A DNA stretch of 64,000 nt from assembly GCA_002341185.1 (NCBI GenBank), contig DDNP01000002.1, positions 51,709-115,708 of the forward strand. Direction: 5' to 3'. This stretch comes from Candidatus Neomicrothrix sp. UBA2517 (GTDB lineage: Bacteria; Actinomycetota; Acidimicrobiia; Acidimicrobiales; UBA8592). The position numbers and the translations under genes were made by a program. Shown piece after piece: positions 8,729-18,402 of this stretch (position 1 is its first letter; each line of letters starts with the position of its first letter). The notes beneath the pieces are model-generated. The model did not search any database. It was not told the origin of the DNA and saw only the letters and a program-made list of their open reading frames with translations.

Positions 8729-9403
8729 CTAAACGCTTAATGTTATAACTTCTTCAACGTCTGCAACCACTCCCGAATAAAAAGGTCCAAATTCCGCATA
8801 TTCAGCTGAGGCTTCATCAAATCGCATCGTATAGACCACTTCTTTGAGATCATCAGGATGCACGCAGAACAATGTCACACCCCATTCAAAGTCATCAACA
8901 CCAGTTGATCCTGTTATCACTTGAAGGACACGGCCAGCAAATTGTCTTCCAGATGCCCCATGTTCGTACATGAGTTCTTTTCTTTTCTCAAACTCAAGCG
9001 TGAACCAATTCTGACCAGGATTCCTTCGTTTCGACATAGGGTAAAAGCACCAAGCTCTTTTATCTGAGGGAGGAAGGGCAGGGTATAAACGTGCTTTACG
9101 CATTTCCTCAGGCACGCCAGCAGCATATTCAGATATCTCTGTTAACGACACATACGAATCAACGATGCTAACCCCGCAATTTGAAATTTCTCGTTCGGCC
9201 ACCCGAAGTTGTACCCAATCATTGGCCAGAACCATAAAAGCGAAATCAGCTTTATGCCCCAGTATTGATATGGAAATAATCTGGGCTTCTTCCGATTTTA
9301 TTTCATGAATAGTTTCGATAAGTTTATCTTCGTCAAAGCCCTGACCAGTCTTGCAAAACAAATGTAGAACTCCAAGACCTTCAGATGGCACAAGAGAATC
9401 CAT
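8729..9403 (-). CDS. chdC: Coproheme decarboxylase (chlorite dismutase-like family)
   Basis: FYPMSKRR, NWFTL..RKELMYEHG, GSTGVDDFEWGVTLF, MRFDEASAEYAEFGPF. Confidence 0.88.
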   Translation of the reverse strand: MDSLVPSEGLGVLHLFCKTGQGFDEDKLIETIHEIKSEEAQIISISILGHKADFAFMVLANDWVQLRVAEREISNCGVSIVDSYVSLTEISEYAAGVPEEMRKARLYPALPPSDKRAWCFYPMSKRRNPGQNWFTLEFEKRKELMYEHGASGRQFAGRVLQVITGSTGVDDFEWGVTLFCVHPDDLKEVVYTMRFDEASAEYAEFGPFYSGVVADVEEVITLSV

Positions 9404-9450
9404 GAGGAAAGTCTAGTTAACTTATTAAGAGAATACGCTTTTGATTTTTT

Positions 9451-11070
<1,620 letters not shown>

Positions 11071-11099
11071 CTAAACTCTCCTTATTCACTACATTCTGT

Positions 11100-11125
11100 A
11101 ACAATTTTTTTCGATCTTTTATTCC
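11100..11125 (-). promoter_or_regulatory. SigR/SigH-type ECF promoter upstream of groEL
   Basis: Minus strand GGAAT-aaaagatcgaaaaaaatt(18 nt)-GTT, 30 nt before the groEL ATG; SD-like AAGGAG follows. Confidence 0.7.
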
Positions 11126-11160
11126 GTAAGATTTAATTTCTTACAAATCAATTTTGAATT

Positions 11161-11484
11161 TTACTTATTTGAGCGAAATTTCCCTCTTTTGTCGGCTTTG
11201 CGTAAAAGACTCCCACCAGCGACAGCTGGAACGATAGAAAGCGTTTGCCCCTCTTCAAGTTGGGTATCAAGTCCACCGAGGAAACGAACATCTTCATCAT
11301 CTAGAAATATATTTACGAATCTCTGTAAATTACCGTCTTCATCTAAGACTCGATTAACAAAATCTGGATACTCAGGCCTCAGTTGATCTAACAGTTCTCT
11401 CAAGTTCGCTCCATTTGAAGAAAGCGTTGAATGGGATTTCGTTAGTTCACGAAAAGTAGTGGGAATTCGAATTGTTACTGCCAT
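11161..11484 (-). CDS. MoaD/ThiS/CysO-like ubiquitin-fold sulfur carrier
   Basis: VTIRIPT, RFVNIFLDDEDVRFLGGLDT, SIVPAVAGG followed by a 16-aa extension. Confidence 0.88.
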   Translation of the reverse strand: MAVTIRIPTTFRELTKSHSTLSSNGANLRELLDQLRPEYPDFVNRVLDEDGNLQRFVNIFLDDEDVRFLGGLDTQLEEGQTLSIVPAVAGGSLLRKADKRGKFRSNK

Positions 11485-11578
11485 AGGCTAAATCTATCGC
11501 TTTTGCGAACGTTTAGTGCTTGGAGATTTGAATTCGTTTGACTAGCCCCTCAGCTAAAGTAACTAGTATTTTTAGAAC

Positions 11579-12331
11579 GTGAAGTTACATGGTGTAATAA
11601 ACGCATCTGGGGATTCCTTAGCCGACTTTTCAATTGCACTTGATGTCGAAAGCGCAGTAGCTCGCGCAAAAGATTTGATTACTGAAGGTTGCGTAGGTAT
11701 TGATTTGGGTGCTGCAGGTTCGACACAGTTCGCAAGCCGTATCAGTGAAGAAGAAGAATGGGATCGCCTTGATGGCAAAATCCAAGCAATTGCAGAACTA
11801 GGGGTAGAACTTTCAGTAGACACTTGGAAACCGGAAATCATGGCGAAATCTCTTCAAGCTGGAGCTAATTTTATGAATGCCTCTGATGGTATGCAAAATC
11901 CCGAAATGGTTGAAATTGCTGTCAGCACAGGAGTTCCTGTAGTGCTTCCTTTTTTAAGTGGGGAAGATCCCAAAAGCCTTGAATTCGTTAGTGGAGACCC
12001 TGTTGAAGTGATCGTAAGATGGTTCGAAAAATCTTTAGATGACCTCACTAAAATAGGTTTAAGCAAAGAGCAAATCATTCTTGACCCAGGAACAGGCTTC
12101 GGACCAGCGAATTGGGAATGGGAAGACAGGTACAAGTATCAGGAGCGAGTATACAGCAACTTAAATAAGTTAAAGATATTTGATTTACCGGTTTACGTAG
12201 CTCTTCCTTGGAAGTTTGAAAATGGTCGCAAACATTTATTGGAAATTCTCCTTGAAGTGGGTTTTGACTATGGTCGCACACATCTTCCTAAACGAATCCT
12301 AGAAATTAAGAAAGAATTAGAATCTCAATAA
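11579..12331 (+). CDS. Divergent dihydropteroate synthase-like protein
   Basis: DHPS-like pattern GVIN...IDLG...SVDT...IILDPGTGF...RTH, but the canonical TPDSF, STRPG and SRK motifs are altered; convergent with folB. Confidence 0.72.
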   Translation: MKLHGVINASGDSLADFSIALDVESAVARAKDLITEGCVGIDLGAAGSTQFASRISEEEEWDRLDGKIQAIAELGVELSVDTWKPEIMAKSLQAGANFMNASDGMQNPEMVEIAVSTGVPVVLPFLSGEDPKSLEFVSGDPVEVIVRWFEKSLDDLTKIGLSKEQIILDPGTGFGPANWEWEDRYKYQERVYSNLNKLKIFDLPVYVALPWKFENGRKHLLEILLEVGFDYGRTHLPKRILEIKKELESQ

Positions 12332-12342
12332 TCCTAAATTTG

Positions 12343-12702
12343 CTATTTAGTTCTGTAGATGTTGACTGCTGAAGAGTCTAAAAACTGTGGAACAGGTGGG
12401 CGCATCTTTCTCAGATTAACTCGTACACCACTTACTGAAGGAACAGTAAGTATTTCTGTTGCAATCCGTGTTGCTACTTTTTCTAGTAACTGGTGTGATT
12501 CATTTTCAATAATGCCAACAACCAACTCTGTGATTTCACCATAATTAATAGTGTCGTCAAGGTTATCTGATACTCCAGCAACTGATAGATCTGTTTCTAT
12601 CGCTATATCTGCTTCAAACGGTTGAGCTCTGTCCCTCTCCTCAGGGAGGACACCTATAACTCCAAGAGCCTGAATTTTGTTAAGTTCGATTCGATCGTGC
12701 AT
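12343..12702 (-). CDS. folB: Dihydroneopterin aldolase
   Basis: DRIELNKI, GVLPEERDRAQPF, SDNLDDTINYG, LLEKVA, KMRPPVP. Confidence 0.93.
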   Translation of the reverse strand: MHDRIELNKIQALGVIGVLPEERDRAQPFEADIAIETDLSVAGVSDNLDDTINYGEITELVVGIIENESHQLLEKVATRIATEILTVPSVSGVRVNLRKMRPPVPQFLDSSAVNIYRTK

Positions 12703-12712
12703 CTTTCAATGT

Positions 12713-13717
12713 TTACCCTGTTGTTTGGCCCACTGACCAGTCATCAAATGCTTTTTGAGTCGTTTTAATAATTGATTGCCTAGTTTCTAAAAACGCTTTT
12801 TCTAACCCAACAGTGTCTTCTAACGAACATGATGGCACTGGAATATGAACATTTGAGTCAATGCTTCCGGAAATAACAATAGTTTGCTTTGTCATCAGTT
12901 TTGCTAAGTTTAAGACTTCGCCTACAACCTTTCCATCAAAACTCGACTCATTAACTTCTCCTTCACCGGTAATTATCACATCTGCATTTTCAATTAAATC
13001 CACTAGAGCAACTCTTTCTGATACTGCCTCAAACCCACTTTGAAGATGAGCCCCCACGGTAGCAAGACCACCTGCTAGACCTCCCGCAGCTCCAGCCATA
13101 GGAAGTGAGGTCACATCAATATTTCTTTCTTCAAGAAATATTTGAGCTAGACGTTCAAGCCTATTTTCAAGAAACTTAATTTGATTAGGTGTTGCTCCCT
13201 TTTGAGGTCCATAGATCCTTGCACAATCCAAAAAGCTCGTTTGCACATCACAGGCAACATTTATTTCTATAGTTTTGTATCTCTTTAGCGGCTTCATAGC
13301 CTGCAAAGCTCCCAAACCACCGTCAGTTGTCGCTGATCCACCAACTCCTATGAGTATCTCCTCAGCTCCACGCTCAAGTGCTGTGCGAATGAGCTCGCCT
13401 GTACCAAAAGTTGATGCATTAATGGGATCGTTATACGAATTATCTTTTAGAAGATCCAACCCAGACGCCTGCGACATCTCGATTACAGCTGACTTCCCAT
13501 CTAGTCTCCAATCTGCTTCGACTGGCTCTCCCAATGGGCCAGTAACAACTGAAACCTTATTTCCGCCTCCGAAAATCTCTAATGTGCCTTCCCCGCCGTC
13601 AGCTAAGGGTTGCAATGTAATTTCATGAGACTGATCTAGTGCCTCAGCAATTGCCTCAGCAACTGTGGTAGCAGAGGCTGTTCCCTTGAACTTGTCAGGG
13701 GCAATCAAAACTTTCAT
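12713..13717 (-). CDS. Glycerate kinase (GlxK family)
   Basis: MKVLIAPDKFKGT, PLADGGEGT, GVGGSATTDGG, GAAGGLAGG, VIITGEG. Confidence 0.92.
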   Translation of the reverse strand: MKVLIAPDKFKGTASATTVAEAIAEALDQSHEITLQPLADGGEGTLEIFGGGNKVSVVTGPLGEPVEADWRLDGKSAVIEMSQASGLDLLKDNSYNDPINASTFGTGELIRTALERGAEEILIGVGGSATTDGGLGALQAMKPLKRYKTIEINVACDVQTSFLDCARIYGPQKGATPNQIKFLENRLERLAQIFLEERNIDVTSLPMAGAAGGLAGGLATVGAHLQSGFEAVSERVALVDLIENADVIITGEGEVNESSFDGKVVGEVLNLAKLMTKQTIVISGSIDSNVHIPVPSCSLEDTVGLEKAFLETRQSIIKTTQKAFDDWSVGQTTG

Positions 13718-13729
13718 TTACTTTGTGTC

Positions 13730-14323
13730 TCATCCACCTTGGTCAGGGAAAAGGTCAGAACCGACATGAACAAGAACATTTGCATCGGAAAGATCATCGA
13801 TTGGGAGAGTTTCGGGCATAGGTAACACATTGTTGCTGTCTGCATTTATGATCAATCTAACATTCTGGGCATCTAAGTCATAACCCTCTCCGTAATAGAC
13901 AAATGTTTCAAGTAAGACTTCATCTCCATTATCATTCGTGGCTTTGACACCGTTATACCCGGCTGTGGCAACAAGAGTATCTAAGGTTGCTCCAGCTGCT
14001 CCAGTAACCTCAGTTCCATTCGCCACCAGAACTCGTACTTCAGCAGGCGGATGAAGAACAGACGTTGGAGTTGTCGGAGTTTGCTCATTTGCTTCACTCT
14101 CACCATTTTCCTGCACTGCTTCTGTTGTTTCTTCTGGAGAGTTGGAGACTTCTTGTTCTTGTTCTTGTTCCTGTTCTTGTCTTTCTGGTTGTTGCATTTC
14201 TTGATTAGATTTAAGTGGATCAGAGGAAACTGCAGTGTTGTTGCTGAAGCCTTCGTTAAGGACAATAACCCCGATCGTAATCACGGCAACAATTAATAGG
14301 ACTCCCTTACCCGCAATATTCAT
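13730..14323 (-). CDS. Membrane-anchored LytR C-terminal domain protein
   Basis: N-terminal TM helix, Q/E/T-rich linker, then VRVLVANGT..GAAG and VLVHVGSD typical of LytR_C. Confidence 0.8.
   Translation of the reverse strand: MNIAGKGVLLIVAVITIGVIVLNEGFSNNTAVSSDPLKSNQEMQQPERQEQEQEQEQEVSNSPEETTEAVQENGESEANEQTPTTPTSVLHPPAEVRVLVANGTEVTGAAGATLDTLVATAGYNGVKATNDNGDEVLLETFVYYGEGYDLDAQNVRLIINADSNNVLPMPETLPIDDLSDANVLVHVGSDLFPDQGG
14151..14180. repeat. Hexanucleotide tandem repeat (TCTTGT)x5, one unit variant
   Basis: tcttgt tcttgt tcttgt tcctgt tcttgt; encodes the QEQEQEQEQE linker of the LytR_C protein. Confidence 0.8.
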
Positions 14324-14381
14324 AGATGATTTCTCCTGAATCGAACCTCGGATAAATCTATCCTAAATACAACCATTTGTC

Positions 14382-14639
14382 TTAGCGAATCGGGTAATTG
14401 CTAATAGAAATTCCTAATTTCTTTGATCTTCGGAACTTTCTAGCTCTTTGTAATCTTTTAACAACCATCGGATCAAACTCTAAGGCAGTAGGTTTATCAA
14501 TTAGGGAATCTCGAAGTTGATAGTACCTTGCTGGCGAAATAGAAAACGTTTGACGTATAGCTTCATGTTTGGTGCCATTATTTTGCCAAGCAGATCTCTC
14601 AAATTCTAGAATTGCGAAGTCTCGTTCAGTCAGGGACAC
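14382..14639 (-). CDS. DUF3263 family protein
   Basis: LTERDFAILEFER..W...KHEAIRQTFSISPARYYQL..LID...ALEFDPMVVKRLQR. Confidence 0.88.
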   Translation of the reverse strand: MSLTERDFAILEFERSAWQNNGTKHEAIRQTFSISPARYYQLRDSLIDKPTALEFDPMVVKRLQRARKFRRSKKLGISISNYPIR

Positions 14640-14696
14640 TTTTAAATGTTAACTTTCATCGCAGATTAGATGATGGACCTTCAAACAAATTTCTTG

Positions 14697-14769
14697 AGCC
14701 GGGTGTCGGAATCGAACCGACGACATCTTCTTTACAAGAGAAGTGCTCTACCAACTGAGCTAACCCGGC
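14697..14769 (-). tRNA. tRNA-Thr (UGU)
   Basis: GCCGGGTTAGCTCAGTTGGTAGAGCA...CTTCT-CTTGTAA-AGAAG...GGTTCGATTCC...CCCGGCT; CCA not encoded. Confidence 0.97.
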
Positions 14770-14807
14770 ACTACTTCGTCATATTATGGCGAAGCTTGTT
14801 GAGTTTA

Positions 14808-15641
14808 TCACCGTTTAACTTTAGTTAATCGTTGTCTCGCTATTTCAAAACAACCGATTGCAGCAGCCGCCCCTACATTGAGCGATTCAGTGATTCCAAA
14901 TAAAGGAATCTTAACTGTTAAGTCACATCGTTCTCTTGTGAGACGGCCTAATCCTTTACCTTCACTCCCTAGAACAAGTGCTAGCGGTTCGTTCACTATG
15001 CGCAAATCAAAAATATCTGAATCAGCAGACATATCCATACCTACAGTCCATACACCCAGCTCCTTCAGCCTTGTTAACGCTTTAGGTATTCCTGTTGTTG
15101 AAGCTATAGGGACATGTTCTATAGCACCTTGTGCTGTTTTTGAAACAGTCGGAGTTATCCGAGCGGAACGATGGCGAGGCAATAAAATACCTGTTACGCC
15201 AGCGCACTCACCACTTCTGATTATTGACCCTAAATTTCTTGGATCAGTAATACCATCCAAAACTAAAATAAATGGATTATCTGTGCCTTCGATAAGGTCC
15301 TCTATTCCTAAGTCGGGTAGTGGGTCGCATATCGCTTGAACGCCTTGCGCAGATTCTGTGGTAGTCATTGACTTGAATTTAGATTTTGAATGCTTTCGAA
15401 GAGGTATTCTTAGTTCATGAGCGAGGTTGATAATGTCGTCAATAATCGAACCCGAATCTAACCCCTCAGACATATTTACTTCTCGAACTTTTCTAGTTCC
15501 CGCCAAGATGGATTCACGAACAGCATGGCGACCTTCTACAGTTTGAAAATCTTCATGTTTGCTTGAGTTTCTTCTGGGATTCTGTTTTGGGTTTATTTTC
15601 CGCTGTTGATGATTTCTCGGATTAGATTTACGTTTATTCAT
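14808..15641 (-). CDS. rlmB: 23S rRNA (Gm2251) 2'-O-methyltransferase, TrmH/SpoU family
   Basis: VEGRHAVRE, LDGITDPRNLGSIIRS, LVLGSEGKG, ESLNVGAA. Start taken at ATG 15641. Confidence 0.93.
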   Translation of the reverse strand: MNKRKSNPRNHQQRKINPKQNPRRNSSKHEDFQTVEGRHAVRESILAGTRKVREVNMSEGLDSGSIIDDIINLAHELRIPLRKHSKSKFKSMTTTESAQGVQAICDPLPDLGIEDLIEGTDNPFILVLDGITDPRNLGSIIRSGECAGVTGILLPRHRSARITPTVSKTAQGAIEHVPIASTTGIPKALTRLKELGVWTVGMDMSADSDIFDLRIVNEPLALVLGSEGKGLGRLTRERCDLTVKIPLFGITESLNVGAAAAIGCFEIARQRLTKVKR

Positions 15642-16101
15642 ATCTTTCCTCAATAAGAGAAACTGCAATACACATTATCCCGTTCAAACTATCTATTCCT
15701 TCAGGGGTTTTACCTTTGACAGAAAAAGGGGCATCGAGAACCTTTGACAGCTTGCGTTCAATTTCTAATTTCTTTGATGAGATCTTAGGTTCTTCAGTTA
15801 CTACGGAACAGTCAACATTCACTATTTCCCATTTTTCTGCATGCAATTTTGAGACAACTATTTCAAGTAATTTGACGCTATCAATATTCTCATATGCCAG
15901 GTCGGAATCTGGGAAAAGAATACCTATATCACCTAAACCTGCTGCCCCGAGTAGAGAATCAATGCACGCATGGATGATAACGTCCCCATCAGAATGACCT
16001 TTTAGCGAGTTACCAGAGTCAAATTCTATTCCGCCCAGAATCAATGGGGCGGAACCATTCTCATCCCATTGGTGTGAGTCAAATCCTTGCCCAATCCTCA
16101 T
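15634..16101 (-). CDS. ispF: 2-C-methyl-D-erythritol 2,4-cyclodiphosphate synthase
   Basis: MRIGQGFDSH, GHSDGDVIIHA, GLGDIG..FPD, SVKGKTPEG. Confidence 0.95.
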   Translation of the reverse strand: MRIGQGFDSHQWDENGSAPLILGGIEFDSGNSLKGHSDGDVIIHACIDSLLGAAGLGDIGILFPDSDLAYENIDSVKLLEIVVSKLHAEKWEIVNVDCSVVTEEPKISSKKLEIERKLSKVLDAPFSVKGKTPEGIDSLNGIMCIAVSLIEERYE

Positions 16102-16234
16102 ACAGTCTAAGTTCCTTAAAAATAACGTTTATATTGCTTCTGCAAATGTTATCCACTAATCCACTCGACGACCATCAACTTTTCTAATTGGCTATGAATT
16201 AGAAGATTGACTTATTGCGTATTATTCTAATGAT

Positions 16235-16894
16235 ATGACAAATGCTGATTTCCTTCGATCTATAGATATGTTTTCCGAACTTGATGATGAGCTGTTAAAA
16301 CCAATTGTGGACCAATCTGAAACTGTAGATCTTCAACGTGGGGATGTCGTTTTTCAGTCAGGTGACGAATCTAGTGATTTGTATATTGTGACTCATGGAA
16401 GAATCGCAATAGGTAATCGCTCTTTTGATGGAAGGGAATCGCTAGTTGCATTAATGGAGGCTGGTGATTTATTTGGGGAAATGCCATTGTTTAGCAATGA
16501 CGGGCGGTCAGCAGAAGCTCGAGCGCTTGAGGAATCTTCACTCATTGTGATCCCTTATAAGCCTATAAAAGATTTATATGACGATAATCCAGCACTCCTT
16601 TGGAGAGTAGTTGAGATGCTGGTAAGTCGACTAAAAAGCACTGACATAGCTCTTTCAGATACCATGTTTTTGGACGTTACAGGGAGAACAGCGAAGCGGC
16701 TTTTGGAAATGGCTGGGGACTCAGATGAATTTCGATTGCCGATCACGCAAGAAGAATTAGCTGGAATGATCGGTGCATCTAGAGAACGTGTCAATAAATC
16801 AATTTCTTCGTTTATCAAACTAGGTTGGATATCTCAAAGTGGTGAAAAATACATAATTCTTGACCGAAAACAACTTGAAATACGTTCTACTTAA
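16235..16894 (+). CDS. Crp/Fnr family transcriptional regulator (GlxR/CRP-like)
   Basis: cNMP pocket FGEMPLF...RSAEA; HTH ITQEELAGMIGASRERVNK. Confidence 0.93.
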   Translation: MTNADFLRSIDMFSELDDELLKPIVDQSETVDLQRGDVVFQSGDESSDLYIVTHGRIAIGNRSFDGRESLVALMEAGDLFGEMPLFSNDGRSAEARALEESSLIVIPYKPIKDLYDDNPALLWRVVEMLVSRLKSTDIALSDTMFLDVTGRTAKRLLEMAGDSDEFRLPITQEELAGMIGASRERVNKSISSFIKLGWISQSGEKYIILDRKQLEIRST

Positions 16895-16900
16895 AAGTAT

Positions 16901-18385
16901 CTATTGACGCCTAAAAAATTCGTTTAACCTATTCACCTTAGGGTGGCTTAGATTTGGATCTACTTTTTTACCACCGGCATCTAGTAATACGGTTTTCATT
17001 CCAAGGCTTTTTGCTGTATCGAGAAAGTTTATTTCTGTATCAAGCACGAGACAAGATTGATAGGCGATACCGGAGGATCTATTGAGAATTTCAAAAATTG
17101 CCGGATCAGGTTTCCGGACCCCATTTTGAGAGCTTATGATCCAAGGATTTATTCCCTGGAGCCCGTATAGATTGCAAATTTCTATGGACCATTCAGCCAG
17201 GTCATTCGTTACTACAGAGACAGCAATTCCCCTTTTATGAAGATTTTTGAGGAAATCTTTTCCACCATTACGAAATTGAAGGCTTTTAACATATTCACGA
17301 TTCAGAGAATCTGAGTCTCCTTCAAGCCCTACTCGGTTCCATAAGTCCGATGCTGTGACCTTTCCCATCGTGCCTGAGCGGTGCAGCTCTATCAGCTCAT
17401 CATGGTCTATTTTTCCATTTTTTGCCTTTACGAATGCGCTCAGGTAGTCAATTTGATTTGTCTCCTTCTTGAAGATAACACCATACGGATCTATCACAAG
17501 TAGTTGGAGGCGTTCTGTTTGATGAGTTGATTGCTGAAAGCCTTCGGTTTCTTTCCCAGGTATTTGCTGAGAAATAGGCGATGGCCGTCGCTGTAATTGT
17601 TTTTTCTCATACCGCTTATCTAGAAACCAGTTAAGAATAGCGAGAATTATAGAGAGCCCTAAAAGGGCTATAACCGCCACAACCACCCAGTCAAGTATCT
17701 GAGCGATTCTATGTTCACTGTTGCCTGAAACGTCAATGACTCTTTGATCCCCCAAGGGCAAATCAATTATCTCTTCATTACTTTGATCTGGAAGGTTAAT
17801 AATTATTTGCATTGAGACAACATCGGTTATCGGGCGCCCTAAAGATTCTTCAAGTGTCTCTAGAGCTATTCCTAAAGGGGGTTCCTCGAGTAAATTATTC
17901 AGATCGTCATCTGTAAATAAACTAAGGCCGCCGGTAAGGTCAACGTTGCCCGATATAGAAAAATTGCGTTTCTTAGTTGTTACATCTGAGAATATTTGCC
18001 AACCTTTGAAAGTATCAGGTGAAGTTGTAAGTTCGTTTAACACGCCTTGTAAATCTTCAGAATTAACAAACGTTTTTGTTGCCTCAAACCATTCTCTTCC
18101 ATCAGGGCCGAGTCCAGTACTCTCAAATTCCCAACTGGATGCCGATAAATCACTTATTTGTAAGACTTCCTCAATATCTTGAAACGCTGGTTGATTTCTG
18201 GCTCCTTCATCTAGCCCAACACCTGCTGTAACTAGCCCTGAACCATCTTCATTTACATCAATTTTTACACGCAACTGTATCGTGCAACCAGCAGTCAAAA
18301 ATAGTATGGCAAGAACAAAGAATGCTACATTTTTAAATTTACTTCGCACACTTGCATAGTACCCCCAACAAGTGGGTACGCTCAC
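16901..18385 (-). CDS. Fusion protein: LppM/DUF3153-like lipoprotein domain, TM helix, HAD-like hydrolase
   Basis: Lipobox LTAGC then IQLRVKIDVNEDGSG; TM DWVVVAVIALLGLSIILAILNW; HAD motifs VIDPYGVIF, VVTN, RKPDPAIF. GTG at 18349 is a plausible alternative start. Confidence 0.7.
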   Translation of the reverse strand: MSVPTCWGYYASVRSKFKNVAFFVLAILFLTAGCTIQLRVKIDVNEDGSGLVTAGVGLDEGARNQPAFQDIEEVLQISDLSASSWEFESTGLGPDGREWFEATKTFVNSEDLQGVLNELTTSPDTFKGWQIFSDVTTKKRNFSISGNVDLTGGLSLFTDDDLNNLLEEPPLGIALETLEESLGRPITDVVSMQIIINLPDQSNEEIIDLPLGDQRVIDVSGNSEHRIAQILDWVVVAVIALLGLSIILAILNWFLDKRYEKKQLQRRPSPISQQIPGKETEGFQQSTHQTERLQLLVIDPYGVIFKKETNQIDYLSAFVKAKNGKIDHDELIELHRSGTMGKVTASDLWNRVGLEGDSDSLNREYVKSLQFRNGGKDFLKNLHKRGIAVSVVTNDLAEWSIEICNLYGLQGINPWIISSQNGVRKPDPAIFEILNRSSGIAYQSCLVLDTEINFLDTAKSLGMKTVLLDAGGKKVDPNLSHPKVNRLNEFFRRQ

Positions 18386-18402
18386 CAGATAACGGTTATT
18401 TG

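Noticed and set aside
11071-11160. CIRCE or HAIR heat-shock operators before groEL
   Set aside because: No TTAGCACTC-N9-GAGTGCTAA or CTTGAGT-N7-ACTCAAG match is visible.
14640-14807. Integrative element at tRNA-Thr (also checked at the other three tRNAs)
   Set aside because: No integrase, no duplicated tRNA 3' end and no obvious compositional shift; flanks are core genes.
16149-16157. DnaA-box-like TTATCCACT
   Set aside because: Single 8/9 match with no cluster and no dnaA/dnaN context; not an origin.
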